Origin: Octopus sinensis
Taxonomy: Eukaryota
Direction of reading: 5' to 3'
Assembly (NCBI RefSeq): GCF_006345805.1
Contig: NC_043012.1
Coordinates: forward strand, 23,188,001 to 23,252,000
DNA: 64,000 nucleotides
Shown: piece after piece, positions 25,310-37,844 of the stretch
How positions within the stretch are numbered: the first letter of the stretch is position 1
How the letters are laid out: the number at the start of each line of letters is the position of its first letter
Notes under the pieces: model-generated
Seen by the model: only the letters and a program-made list of their open reading frames with translations
The model's database searches: none
What the model was told of the DNA's origin: nothing
Made by a program: the position numbers and the translations under genes

Positions 25310-26344
25310 GCGTGTGTGTGTGTGTGTTAGTGTACATGCACATATATACACACACACACACAAACACACACAAACACACACACATATATATAGATAAATG
25401 TGACTGTTGATAAAATTAAGTATGCTACAAATGATGGCATGAATATATTTCTGTCAGGACAGAACAGAAGTCTATGTGTGTGTGATTATGTAACAAGTTT
25501 ACATTTATGTGTGTGTGTGTGTGTGTGGTGTGTGTGTGAATGACTGCATGTGTGTGTTCATGTATGCATGTGTGCGAATGTACGTCTGTGTGTGTGTGTA
25601 TGGTGTGTGTGTGTGTGTGTGTGATGTATAGCAGATATGATTATGTATGAGGCATTGCAGCTCACAGTAGAGTTAATAGTGATGTATACAATTATTCATT
25701 CCAAGAAGGAATCATGTTAAATACAATGTTTGCAATAATTGTACACATGTATGATTAAGCAATTGTGCATATTTTAATGCAGCTTACAATAAGTGTTTAA
25801 GACTAAAGATATACATCTTATAGAGTTCTTCCCTCCATGATCACTTAAGAACTTACAATAAAAAATACAACACCGAAAATAGATGTGCTTATATTTATTG
25901 AAATATCAATGTTACTTATCACCAAGTCAACTAAAATTTTAAGAGATTTACTTAACGCTTTTTCTACCTCAGTCATTCATTAATTTTATTTTCTGAAGAA
26001 ATTCACTGTCTTTCTTTTGTTCAATTTTGAAAATAATAAGGAAATTAGCAAAATCACTTTGTTATTATGACTGTATTTTAACTACGTACAAATTGAATTT
26101 TACAGACCAAAACCTACAGTCAAAAGAAGAGGTGGGTTGACTTATCCACCAAAATGACTTTGGAGGACCAAAAATTCTATATCAAATGCAGCAAGATTTG
26201 AAAAGATAATGGTGATGATTGAATGTTTACATTATATAATTACATCGACTTGTATGCTGGAGAATATGGTAAGCTGGTATTTCAAACAGAAATCATCAAT
26301 TTTTTATGAAAGATCTTAATTTAGATCATTTTTTTTTTTTTTTT

Positions 26345-27016
26345 TTGTACTTGTTTCAGTCATTTGACTGCGGCCATGCTGGAGCACCGCCTTTTAGAGT
26401 ACAGCAGGGATCACCACCTCCTGCCGGAGCCTCGTGGAGCTTTTAGGTGTTTTCGCTCAATAAACACACACAACGCCCAGTCTGGGAATCGAAACCGCGA
26501 TCCTCCGACCGCAAGTCCGCTGCCCTAACCACTATTAAATATTTTTTTCTTTTTTTTTTCCAAATCTTTTTTTTTTTACTTGTTTCAGTCACTGGACTAC
26601 AGCCATGCTACGGCGCTGCTTTGAAGACTTTAGATAAAACAACTCAATGCTAATACTTCTTTTATCTCTGGTATTTATTATATCAGTCTCTTTTGCTGCT
26701 CCACAAAGTTATAGGGACATAGAGAAACCAGCATCTGTTGTCAAACAGTAGCAGGGAACAAACACACACACGCATACATATTCTTTTATTTGTTACAGTC
26801 ATTTGACTGCAGCCATGCTGGAGCACCACCTTTAGTCAAGCAAACCAACCCCAAGACTTATTCTATCAGTCTCTTTTGCCAAACTGCTAAGTTACAAGGA
26901 TGTCAACACACCAGCATCGGTTGTCAGGCAATGTTGGAATGACAGACACAGACACACAAACATATATATATATATATATGATGGGCTTCTTTCAGCTTCC
27001 GTCTACCAAATCCACT
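26345..27016 (-). mobile_element. Cluster of SINE-C tails and bodies interleaved with a SINE-B head (26396-26533)
   Basis: The SINE-C tail ttgtttcagtcaNNNgactgcrgccatgct occurs three times, with a SINE-B segment between the first two. Confidence 0.85.
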
Positions 27017-27224
27017 TGATACTAACTGGCTTATGACTGCTTTTGCTTCAATGAAATAGGCATCCTGCTAGAAAGTGATCTAATTTAAAACCTTCTATCA
27101 AAATTTCATGTTAATTTATGCTCCAAACAGCTAAATGACAGACAATTTGCTATTTCTTCATTTACTTCAAAATGAAGTGCATTTCAAAGTGTGTTTCAGT
27201 ATTTGTTAGTCCACATCACTCTGT

Positions 27225-27455
27225 AAGGAGCATAAAGCCAGTTTCCTAGTTTCTCTGATGTTTATAGATTCCTCCCTGGATGGGATGCCAGTCCATTGTA
27301 GGAGGATTACTCAGTTTTACGAGTAGAGTGAACAGGAGCAACATGAAGTGAAGTGTTTTGTTCAAGGACACAATGTATCGTACTGATCCAGGAATTGAAA
27401 CCACAATCTGACAACCATGAGTCCAACACCTTAACCATATAGCCATGCACCTCCA
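27225..27455 (-). mobile_element. SINE-A-type head and CORE-like domain with a third tail type
   Basis: Minus strand reads ggaggtgcatggctatatggttaagg...tgtgtccttgaacaaaacac...atggactggcatcccatccagggagg. Confidence 0.75.
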
Positions 27456-27694
27456 CTATTTCACTATATTTCAAAAGCAATATGGCAACAAAATAGTTAA
27501 GGAAAGAGGAGACACAATCTATCTGTTCCATTTCCTCAGACTTGGCTTATTTCTAGTAACATCTCATTGGCCAAAAATGGTAAGAGGAAGAATATCTCAT
27601 AAGCCATGATATCGAAAATTTAATGGCAACAAATAAAAATTTGTGGAACTGCTGGTTCTTCATGTTTAGTAGACTTAAAATGGCTCAAAATGTT

Positions 27695-28062
27695 CTCTCT
27701 TTTACTTGATTCTGTCATTGGACTTCAGCTGTGCAGGGACATGGCCTTGAAGAGTTTAGCTGAACAAATCAACCATAATACTAATTGCATTCAAGCCTGG
27801 CACTTATTCTATTTTCTACTTTTTGCTGTACTGCTAAATCATGGGTAAGTAATCAAATCAACACCAGTCGTCAAGCAGTGATGGGGCACAAACACAAACA
27901 CTCAGACAAACACATGCACAAACACACATACAGATACACACACACACTTCCCAACACACACACACAAATGGCCTCTTTTAGTTTCCTTCTACCAAATCCA
28001 CTCACAAGGCTTTAGTCAGCCTGGGGCTATTGTAAAAGACACTTTTCCAAGGTGCCACACAG
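27695..28062 (-). mobile_element. SINE-C, diverged copy
   Basis: ccaaatccactcacaaggcttt and a tail remnant. Confidence 0.75.
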
Positions 28063-28140
28063 CACTGGGGTCAATATAATCAACATACCCTTCCCCTGAA
28101 ACAGCTAATCTTGTGTCAAAATTTGAAACCATCATTATCA

Positions 28141-28186
<46 letters not shown>

Positions 28187-28189
<3 letters not shown>

Positions 28190-28410
28190 GGAGATGAGCT
28201 GGCAGAATCATTAGCACAAAGGGTGAAATACTAAGTGGATTTCATCCATCCTTATGGTTTGAGTTCAAATTCTGCTGGGGTTAACTTTGCCTTTCATCGT
28301 TTCGGGGTTAATGAAATAAGTACCAGTTATATACTGGAGTTGATGTAATCAACTAGCCCCATCCCCCACAATTTCAGGCCTCGTGCCTATAGTAGAAAGG
28401 ATCATTGTTA
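28187..28410 (+). mobile_element. SINE-D, immediately after an (ATT)n tract
   Basis: gagctggcagaatcattagcac head with SINE-D body and tail. Confidence 0.85.
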
Positions 28411-28837
28411 CTATCATAAAAGTATTTTTTCTTGGTATCAGCTGAATCTACACATTATCCATTAGGTACCACTTAGAAACCTGAGGTAGTTAGTAAATAT
28501 GATTTTCTTAATATATTCAATAACTGTATGGCATCAAAAAGGGCTAAGACTGGATTTAAAAAAAAGTATAAATATGAATGCTAAATAAAAGTCCTGTAGA
28601 ATTATAAAATTTACAGTGATAGTGTTCTTTGCAAAATGTGTGCCATTCCCATTAGGGTTATTTTTTTTTTTTTGGTATTTCTTCTCAGCATGTTGTTTTT
28701 TCTAGTATAATGTGTGACGAATTTGTCTGACCCTTTCTTTATTACCCTGCATATTCTTATGGTATTCTTGGTTTTCATCTTCTACATTTTGGCCATCTTC
28801 ATATCCTATGTCTTGGTATTTCTTTATTATTATTATT

Positions 28838-29095
28838 AAGGTAGTAAGCTGGCAGAATTGTTAGCACGCCAAGCAAAATGCTTAGCAGTATTTTATCTGC
28901 GGCTACATTCTGAGTTCAAATTCCATTGAGGTCGACTTTGCCTTTCATCCTTTCAGGGTCAATAAATTAAGTACCAGTTGCGTACTGGGGTCTATGTAAT
29001 CGACTTAATCCCTTCCTCCAAATTCGAGGCCTTGTGCTTCCAGTGGAAAGGATTATCATTATTATTATTATTATTATCATTATTATTATTATTAC
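28838..29095 (+). mobile_element. SINE-D flanked by (ATT)n on both sides
   Basis: aagctggcagaattgttagcacg head; tail gaaaggattatcattattatt. Confidence 0.88.
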
Positions 29096-29491
29096 TGTAA
29101 AGTTATTAGAGAATAGTGATCAGGCTTTCTTACACTATACTCCTTACACACCCTCCTTTGATTGCTCCCTGCCCACCACCACACACCCAGTCCTTGATTG
29201 GACCATGGTTAGACCTGTTACGATGACAACAAAGATGACATTCTTTACACCCAAATATGAAGAAGGCATCAAAAGGTGTCAATTTTCTCAACCAGCCATA
29301 TTGCAAACAACAACAGTAAGGATTACAAAAACCCAAATAAAAAAATATTCTCAGTCCAATATTTGTTTCTACTTAACAGTGGCTGGTGCACCCTGAGCCA
29401 TTCGCTACAAGAAAGCCAAATACTTTACTAAAATATAGTAGGCTATTCAATACAATAGGAATTAAATTTAAACTCTATTCTTTATTATTAC

Positions 29492-29522
<31 letters not shown>

Positions 29523-29856
29523 TGTCTAAGCTATGAAATGACTTCAATTGATTTCTGTATAATCAATATAAAAAAAAAAAAGAAATAATAATGATAACAA
29601 ACACAATTAAAGTCAATCAAATTAAATGCTCAGATTACTGATCATATTTAATTAGTTTTTCTTTCACTTTTTCTGTTTCTTTTTTTTTTTTTGTTTTTGC
29701 TTTTCTTCGTAAAAGTTTTCCAAGTAACATCAACACCAAGTTTCAATACGTAGCGCCATATAACAAAGATAGACTAACCCTCTGCTTTAGATAACCTTCC
29801 ACTTTTCAACGGCATGCTAAGTATTCTATAAACTCCACATTTAATAAATATCTGAC

Positions 29857-29898
29857 CTTTCGAGAATGATGTGTTTCTTCATCCAAAATGTCAAGTTG
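29857..29898 (-). CDS. Candidate internal coding exon (QLDILDEETHHSRK), 42 nt, phase 0/0
   Basis: Acceptor tttactgatttttag|C and donor AAG|gtcaga. Open frame joining the exons at 30336-30375 and 6167-6268. Confidence 0.5.
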
Positions 29899-30335
29899 CT
29901 AAAAATCAGTAAAGTTTTAATTTCAATACTAATTGTAAAAGTTAATATCAGAAAACGAGAAACAACAACTTTTAGAATATGATATAAAAAGAAGAAATTA
30001 TGTTGCTGGCTTATTTTATATGAATAATAATAATAATAATAATGATAATAATAATAATAATGATAATAATAATAATAATAATAATAATTAGTATTATTAT
30101 TTAAGTAGTTTTGTATAGAAAAGGCAAAGTAATTTTGTAAAATAATTTAAACTATATTTATTGAAGAGTAACAATAGTCACAAAACTATTTCAAAATAAT
30201 AATAATTTTTAACTATGAAAAAAATTAAAATATTCCCTTTTCTTTTAAATCTTAAATCTTCAACTATGCTGGAAATATATCGAGCAAAAATATGGTTGCG
30301 ATTCCTTTTGAAGATTTTTCTAAGCTTGAGTTCAC

Positions 30336-30375
30336 CTCCCACAAGGCATTATGCAGGGTGTCAAAGTTTATGGAA
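30336..30375 (-). CDS. Candidate internal coding exon (SINFDTLHNALWE), 40 nt, phase 2/0
   Basis: Branch-like ctaac, then tactttttttgttgattcccag|T acceptor and donor GAG|gtgaac. Only one frame is open, and it continues into the 29857-29898 exon. Confidence 0.5.
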
Positions 30376-30644
30376 CTGGGAATCAACAAAAAAAGTACAG
30401 GTTACGTGTTATGTTAGTCACATATGTCACCTTCTGTTGTGTCTAACAATGATTGTCTCAAATGAGAAAGAATCCATAAAAATAATTCTTAATGTGAATT
30501 TATAGATTGAGAATTACTGGTTCATTAAAAAGTGTGTTTGTATGCTCAAACTGAGATAAAAATAATAAAGACAATATGTATATTGTGTTTGACAGTTATA
30601 GAACACTGCTTTTGAAATGTTTTGTTGTACCATCATCAGTGTGC

Positions 30645-31290
30645 ATATATATTATATATATATATATATTATATACATCATATATATATATATATATACA
30701 TATATGTATGTATATATCCTGTATGTAACTATATAGATATCTATATAACATATATATATGCCTTATATACATATATATATAACGATACCATATATATATA
30801 CATTACTACATATATATATATATAATATATATACATACATATATATATACATATATATACACACCTATATATATATACATATATATATACACCCCCATAT
30901 ATATATATATATATATCTATATATATATATAATACATACCATATATACTACATACATTATATATATACATATATATACACACCACATATATATACACACC
31001 ACACACCACACATATAATATATCATATATATATACATACATATATAATATACATATATATACACACACCTATATCATACACACATACACCACCCACCCAT
31101 ATACACCACACACCACCCACCACACCCACTATCTATCTATATATACATACATATATATACACACACACACACACACCACTATATATATATATATATATCA
31201 CTACATATAATATCCATACATATATATATATATATAACATACACACACACTATATATATATGTATGCATATATATATATATATATATGTA

Positions 31291-31332
<42 letters not shown>

Positions 31333-31435
31333 GCATATATATATTATATATATGTAGCTATATCTATATATATATATATATCCTATATAGCATATATACC
31401 TACCTACATACATACATACTATATATTATATATAT

Positions 31436-31472
<37 letters not shown>

Positions 31473-31516
31473 TACATACATACATATATATATATATATT
31501 ATATATAATAATATAT

Positions 31517-31558
<42 letters not shown>

Positions 31559-31600
31559 TATATAACATACATTATATATACACCTATGCTCATACACACA
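30645..31600. repeat. ~950-bp compound (AT)n/(AC)n tract
   Basis: Read directly. Confidence 0.95.
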
Positions 31601-32156
31601 CACAAATATATTTGTTTGTATAAAAGTGTGTATTTATATAGGACGGCATCAAATCCAATAAGATGATCGATAACAATAGAAATCAATAAAAACCAATGAA
31701 CCACAGCACAATTAACTGTTTTGACTTATTAGAACTCATCAGTGACACACACAGACTTTTGCCTGAAGCTGTGACAGATGTCACTGCTTGGGTTGGCATC
31801 TAGTAGCTAACCCTCAAGCATTGAACTTCTAAATAAACCTGCAGAGAAAGTAAGAACTGTTGTTGGGGAAAAATAATAACTATTGTTGACATCCAACACC
31901 ACAAGTGACTCGGTGAAACATTTAATTAATTTAAGCAATGAGGCAGCAGACAGGAAACAGTACAAAACCTTAAAAGTGTAAGTTGAAAGAGAATAAAAAG
32001 ATTCTCCTTATTGTGGTTATTTTAATTCAAATCAAGCAACAATGACACGAGCAGCCATAGATACAACATTGCTACTTTGAGGTACAGGTTTCATGTCTAA
32101 TGAAAAGGTGTCTACAGGAGAATATAATACAAACTGGATACATTATCAAAGTGTAA

Positions 32157-32612
32157 GGCTTCTGATCTTAACTGATTGGAAGTGTTATCATGTACATTGT
32201 TTTGTCTTGGTATAAAAGATGGGCTACAGCAAATATTCTGCTCAATACCACAGATTTGCCTGTCAGTTGTTTGACCTTAACCAGTTGAGCATGTCCCTTG
32301 CTGGCTGACGATATGTACATCTCTGATCATGAGCAGAAGTAGTGGGGGAGCATAATAGCCTTATTTAGGACCCGTTTGAAGGGGATGGGCTACTCGACCT
32401 GAAGAAAATTCTAACTGGCCCCACCTGCAAGGTCATGCATTGTTTATCTTGATATGAGATCACTATGTCATGCACATGTGGTTGTGTTGCATGTGCCTGG
32501 TGTACCCTTATCAGCTTGGTAGTCACGATGGGTATACTGGTTTTGTATATTTTACCCCAGTGTCACTTTGATGGCATGCACTGCTCTCTCACTCAATAAT
32601 AATAATAATAAT
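32157..32612 (+). mobile_element. Element F: unclassified retroposon-like repeat with (TAA)n tail; 5'-truncated, ~80-bp internal deletion
   Basis: Collinear with 50111-50662. Confidence 0.8.
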
Positions 32613-32685
32613 GAGAAAAGAGGTTTGTCAATTATATCAATCCCAGTAGTGCCAGGGGGGGGGGTGGACAAACACAAAGACATAC

Positions 32686-32724
<39 letters not shown>

Positions 32725-32819
32725 GGGCTTCCACACAGTTTCTGTCTACCAATTTGTCATTCATAATTATCCTGATACATGCCAATATAAGCCATGGAAT
32801 AAATATAAGAATTAATATC

Positions 32820-33080
32820 AGGCTGGCTGATTGGCGGAATCATAAGAGCACCAGACAATTAGCCTTGCAGTATTTATTCACAGCGTCTTACATTCTGAGT
32901 TCAAATCGTGCCAAGGATATAACTTAGCTTTCCATCCTTCCAAAGAAGTGTGTATGTATGCATGGAGGAGGATGGTTCAATAAAATAAAGTACCAGTTAA
33001 ATACTAGTGTTAATTTAATTAACGACATCCTCCTTCCTCAAAATACAAGGCATTGTGCCAGTATTAGAGATCAATATTAT
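32820..33080 (+). mobile_element. SINE-D, diverged copy
   Basis: ttacattctgagttcaaatc...ttccatccttcc...aataaaataaagtaccagtt. Confidence 0.7.
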
Positions 33081-33760
33081 ATCCTTCCACTGATATCAAA
33101 CTGACATAGGTTATCCTCCTGGTAACAAATTTCATAACCAAAATAGTAACATATACATATACATACATTCATAAAACCATCTGTACAACATACCGATATC
33201 TTCATTAATTATAGGATAAATGTCAATTAACATACTTATAGGTTTAACATCCATTTTACATGCTTGCTTGATAAGGTTTAGTGGAGTGAGAATCTTTACA
33301 GCCGGCTGCTTTCCTTAACGCCAACAATTTTTGTGGATCATGGCACCGATTGTTATTATAGCTTACTCACTAGTGAGCAATATAATGTTATTATTAGCCA
33401 TACGATAAACATTAACCTATGCTAAGATGAGTAACGTAATTTTTCTTTCATGAAATTTAACAATGGAAAGAATGGAATTTCTTACATCACAAAATGCTGC
33501 ATAATTATTCCAGTGTTGTGTAACTAATCAGAATGACAGAATGCTAAATAGTGTTTATTTATAACACCTATTTCCAGTAGATATCTTGATATTATGGAAG
33601 ACAATCTTCTGTTCAATTCTTGGAAGATGAACCACTGGATGGAATGTGAGTCTTGTAATGGAACACATATATGCACAACATTTAAACACACATGCATAAA
33701 CATGCAAAGCTATATCTGTATACATGTGTATGTTGTGTGTGTGTGAGTAGGTGTCACCTT

Positions 33761-34020
33761 ACTGGCACCTGTGCCGGTGGCATGTGTGAAAAGATTCGAG
33801 CGAGGTTGTTGCCAGTACTGCCTGACTGGCCCCCGTGCTGGTGGCATGTAAAAGCACCCACTACACTCTTGGAGTGGTTGGCTTAGGAAGGGCATCCAGC
33901 AGTAGAAACTCTGCCAGATCAAGATTGGAGCCTGGTGCAGCCATCTGGTTCGCCAGCCCTCAGTCAAAATCGTCCAACCATGCTACCATGGAAAGTGGAC
34001 GTTAAACGATGATGATGATA
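33761..34020 (+). mobile_element. SINE-E copy with RTE-type (GAT)n tail
   Basis: ggaagggcatccagcagtagaaac...atggaaagtggacgttaaacgatgatgatg. Confidence 0.88.
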
Positions 34021-34028
34021 ATATATAA

Positions 34029-34432
34029 AGTGGATGTGTGGTAAGTAGCTTGCTTACGAACCACATGGTTCCGGGTTCAGTCCCACTGTGTGGCACCTTG
34101 GGCAAGTGTCTTCTACTATAGCCTTGGGCCGACCAAAGCCTTGTGAGTGGATTTGGTAGACGGAAACTGAAAGAAGCCCGTCGTATATATGTATAGATAT
34201 GTATATGTATGTGTATATATTTGCGTGTCTGTGTTTGTCCCCCCAACATCGCTTGACAACCGATGCTGGTGTCTTTACGTCCTCGTAACTTAGCGGTTCG
34301 GCAAAAGAGACCGATAGAATAAGTACTAGGCTTACAAAGAATAAGTCCTGGGGTCGATTTGCTCGACTAAAAAAGGTGGTGCTCCAGCATGGCCACAGTC
34401 AAATGACTGAAACAAGTAAAAGAGTAAAGAGA
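34029..34432 (+). mobile_element. SINE-C, near full length
   Basis: tRNA-like head, CORE-like ggcaccttgggcaagtgtc, internal (AT/GT)n, tail gactgaaacaagtaaaagag. Confidence 0.92.
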
Positions 34433-34611
34433 CGAATATGTATAATTTGATGAGTGTGTTTAAATGTTGAGCAGAGCACCGGTACAGTTTAGGTTACCTG
34501 TTGTCATCCACAGTTGTGGTCCATTTCTGTTGGATCTACTTCAGGACCTCCACAGTGGCAGTTAGGGTAATAATATTAATTAACGGAAGATGAATTTGAT
34601 ATTGAATCTTT

Positions 34612-34667
34612 ATTGAGTACAACATATGTTTCGACCCATCAGTCTGGGTCTCATCAGGTACATCAAT
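34612..34667 (-). ncRNA. Minimal type I hammerhead ribozyme motif (Penelope-type), complete core
   Basis: Minus strand reads ATTGATGTAC CTGATGA GACCCA gactga TGGGTC GAAAC ATAT GTT GTACTCAAT. Stem I is attga-t-gtac/gtac-tcaat, stem II is a perfect 6 bp, stem III is the palindrome ACATATGT, cleavage triplet GUU. Confidence 0.85.
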
Positions 34668-34729
34668 AAAGATGTGTCTCACTACAGATTTTTAATATCA
34701 GCTGACTTGTTACATGTCCATCAAGTTAC

Positions 34730-34784
34730 ATTGATGTATCTGATGGACCCAGCCTGGTGGGTCAAACCGTATGCTGTATCCAAT
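34730..34784 (+). ncRNA. Degenerate hammerhead copy, inverted relative to 34612-34667
   Basis: attgatgtat CTGATG- GACCCA gcctgg TGGGTC -AAAC cgtat gct gtatccaat aligns end to end with the complete copy but lacks core A9 and G12. Confidence 0.6.
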
Positions 34785-35094
34785 AAAAATTTAATACCAA
34801 ATCTATCTCCTGTTAATTAGTATTATATGCATATATATAATATGCAAGCACCTGTGTCTGTGTGTTTTATTTTGTGCCATTTTTTGCCTCTGCTGTTCAT
34901 TATTTGATAACAGGTGTTGGTTTATTTATGTCCCCATAACTTAGTTGGTGAACAAATGACAAAAACATATAAGAACTGGGATAGATCTACTCAACTGCTC
35001 TTCAAAGCATTTCCCTAGAATGACTGCAGTTCAATGACAGTGGGGCCAGTAAAAGAATAAATGCCTAGGCCACAGCTTAGCATATTAACTACCA

Positions 35095-35340
35095 TCTCTC
35101 TCTCCCTCTCTCTCTTGGTTCCTTTCTCTCTATCTGTTCCTTTCTCTCTCTCTCCTCTCTCTCCGTTCCTTTCTCTCTCTCTCTCCATTCCTTTCTTTCT
35201 CTCTCTCTCTCTCCGTTCCTTTCTCTCTTTCTATCCCTTTCTCTCTCTCCATTCCTTTCTCTCTCTCCGTTCCTTTTTCATCTCTCTCTCTCTCTCTCTC
35301 TCCATTCATTTCTTTCTCTCTCTCTCTCCATTCCTTTCTT

Positions 35341-35360
<20 letters not shown>
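35095..35360. repeat. Degenerate (CT)n/(CCTTT) tract
   Basis: Read directly. Confidence 0.9.
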
Positions 35361-35372
<12 letters not shown>

Positions 35373-36142
35373 TCACACATACAGCTGTACATGTAAACTA
35401 CACAGAAATAAAATGAATTAATTCAAAAATAAATAAACAAACAACATATGCAGTGAAATATCCTTGCCAAATGCATTGCAAAAGACTGCACGCTTCATAA
35501 ACCAAAAAGAAATAAGTGAAGAAGACAACTGAGTTGTTAATGGTAGACAAAAGTTAAAAAAAGACAAATCAAATGAATGGAAACTTCATGGCAAGCTTTA
35601 AGGTATGTGGAACGTTGGCATTTAGTTGAGAGATTAACATGAAAGGGGCATGTGGCAGGTATCTGCAGTTTTAATCAGTTTCAGTTGATACTAAGATAAG
35701 AAAAGGGTTTTGTGTTTGGTGTTAGTTTTAAGAAATAGGATCTTGAGGGTCGTGCAGTTTTATTCTGACCCAAACAACAGCAAAAAGGTAGGGAAAAAAA
35801 AACAAAAAAAAAAAAAACAAACAAACAAGCTAGGTTCTTTGTTGTGTATAACACGTGGCTACAATAACAGCAACAACAACAACAGCAACATAAAGTTAGA
35901 GACTTGTTTGCAGCAAGGATTTGGAGATTCTGTTTTTTTACTTTCTCTTTTAAGAAAACAAACACAAAACAGTTTTATTGCAGGACTTTCTTCTTTCATT
36001 CAACACTTTTAACGGAAATGATGCTTGTTAATATAATTCTTGCCAGCTTCCTATTCTTACTTTAGTTTCAGAGAATACATATACATACATATATATATAA
36101 TATATATATACATACATACATACATCACACACACAACATCAC

Positions 36143-36173
<31 letters not shown>

Positions 36174-36189
36174 ACATACACACACAACA

Positions 36190-36239
<50 letters not shown>

Positions 36240-36382
36240 CACATGTATAGATATACATATATATATAATACAACACAATATATATATATTACAATACATA
36301 TATATATACATATATATATAAAAATATACATACATATATCATCATCATCATTTAATGTCCATCTTTCATGCTAGCATGGGTG

Positions 36383-36416
<34 letters not shown>

Positions 36417-36964
36417 ATGTATATATATGCACTTTGCATCTCTTATTTCTAATCGTAATAAGAACAATGTTAAAACAACACCAACAACGACAAACAAAAA
36501 AGAAGGGGAAGAGGAGGAGGATGAAGAAAAAAAACAGACATATTTTTGAAAGATTTGTGGTTTTATGAAGAGATGATTACAGCAATATTTCTTTGAAAAA
36601 GGAGCTTCAAGAATGGACAGGATAAGAGAGACATAGAGTAAAAAAAAGAAGATTATAAGTTTAAATAGAATGTAAGAGGTAGACCTGAACAGGAAGTAAA
36701 AACAATATAATGAAATAGCGAGAGAAGAAAAGGAGAGATATGTACAAAAGAAATGAATTATAATTTGGAAAACCCCTGAAAAAGATTAAAAAAAAAAGAA
36801 AAAAGAAAAAGAACTTGGGAATAAGTAATAAAATAAAATAACAAAAAATAAATAATACTGAGAGAAGAGAGATGAGCCAAAAGGAAAAGGGGGTGGGGGA
36901 CACAGGAGAGGACTATGTGTGTGTGTGTGTGTGTGTGTGTTGTGTTGTTTTATTGTTTACACCC

Positions 36965-36995
<31 letters not shown>

Positions 36996-37469
36996 AACAA
37001 TAAAAGTAGTGGTGAATCAAAGACGAGAAGAGGATGGGTTAGTAACACAGAAATATAATGACAATGATGATGATGATGATAACAACAACAATATTAACAA
37101 CAACATAAGAAAATGTAAAAAAATGTAGATAAATGAGGAATAATGAGTAAAACTTGAAGGTTTGAATGATAAAAGGAAAAATTACAACCCGAAAAAATAT
37201 AGGAGGAAGAATTAAATTAAAAAAAGATGAATGAAAACGGTGCAAAGAAAAGGAAAGTGTTTCTAAGAGATTAAGTGTGCAAAGGCATAAATAGAATAAG
37301 AGGATGAAAATACAGTGAAGAAGAAAGAGATATAAATATAGGAATCATTTCATTTAATATCTTTTCTTTAGTATGAAAAAAAATATTATAAAATTATACA
37401 GAATAAATAATAAAGTGTATTATCCTCGCCATTACTATATATTCGCATGGGTCTGCATCGTATCATCCT

Positions 37470-37720
37470 CATCACTGTCATTATCATTATCACCATCGTT
37501 TAAGGATTACTTTTCAAAGCTTGCATGGATCAGACGGAAATTTTTTGAAGCAGATTTTCTCCATCCGGATGTTCTTCCTGCCACTAATCCTCAGCTGTTT
37601 CCAAGCAAGGTAATATTGCTTTCCCCAAGGCCAGACATGCTTTTCCATGCAATAATGGAAATGAACAACCTCGTTTGTATGACGGTGATGCTCATTTACA
37701 ATTATCATGTGATGTCAGTA
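37470..37720 (-). mobile_element. SINE-E variant
   Basis: cttgcatggatcagacgg...ggatgttcttcctgccactaatcc...gtttccaagcaaggtaatatt. Confidence 0.7.
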
Positions 37721-37844
37721 CAAGGGTACACAGACATATATACATATAGACATACACACATAAAGACACACTCACACACACATGCACATATATATGTATG
37801 TATTAGTATATACCTATCTATCTGTCTGTGTGTGTGAATGACTT

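Noticed and set aside
29130-29336. Cys-rich 68-aa minus-strand ORF
   Set aside because: No recognisable Cys spacing or signal peptide, and no splice link to the exon model; compatible with chance.
31700-31750. Minus-strand CTGATGA GTTC...AAAAC AGTTAATTGT G
   Set aside because: G12 is absent, stem II is broken, the triplet is GUG and stem I does not pair.
31810-32090. Further minus-strand exon candidates upstream of 30375
   Set aside because: Good acceptors exist, but no donor gives the phase 2 needed to join the exon at 30336-30375.
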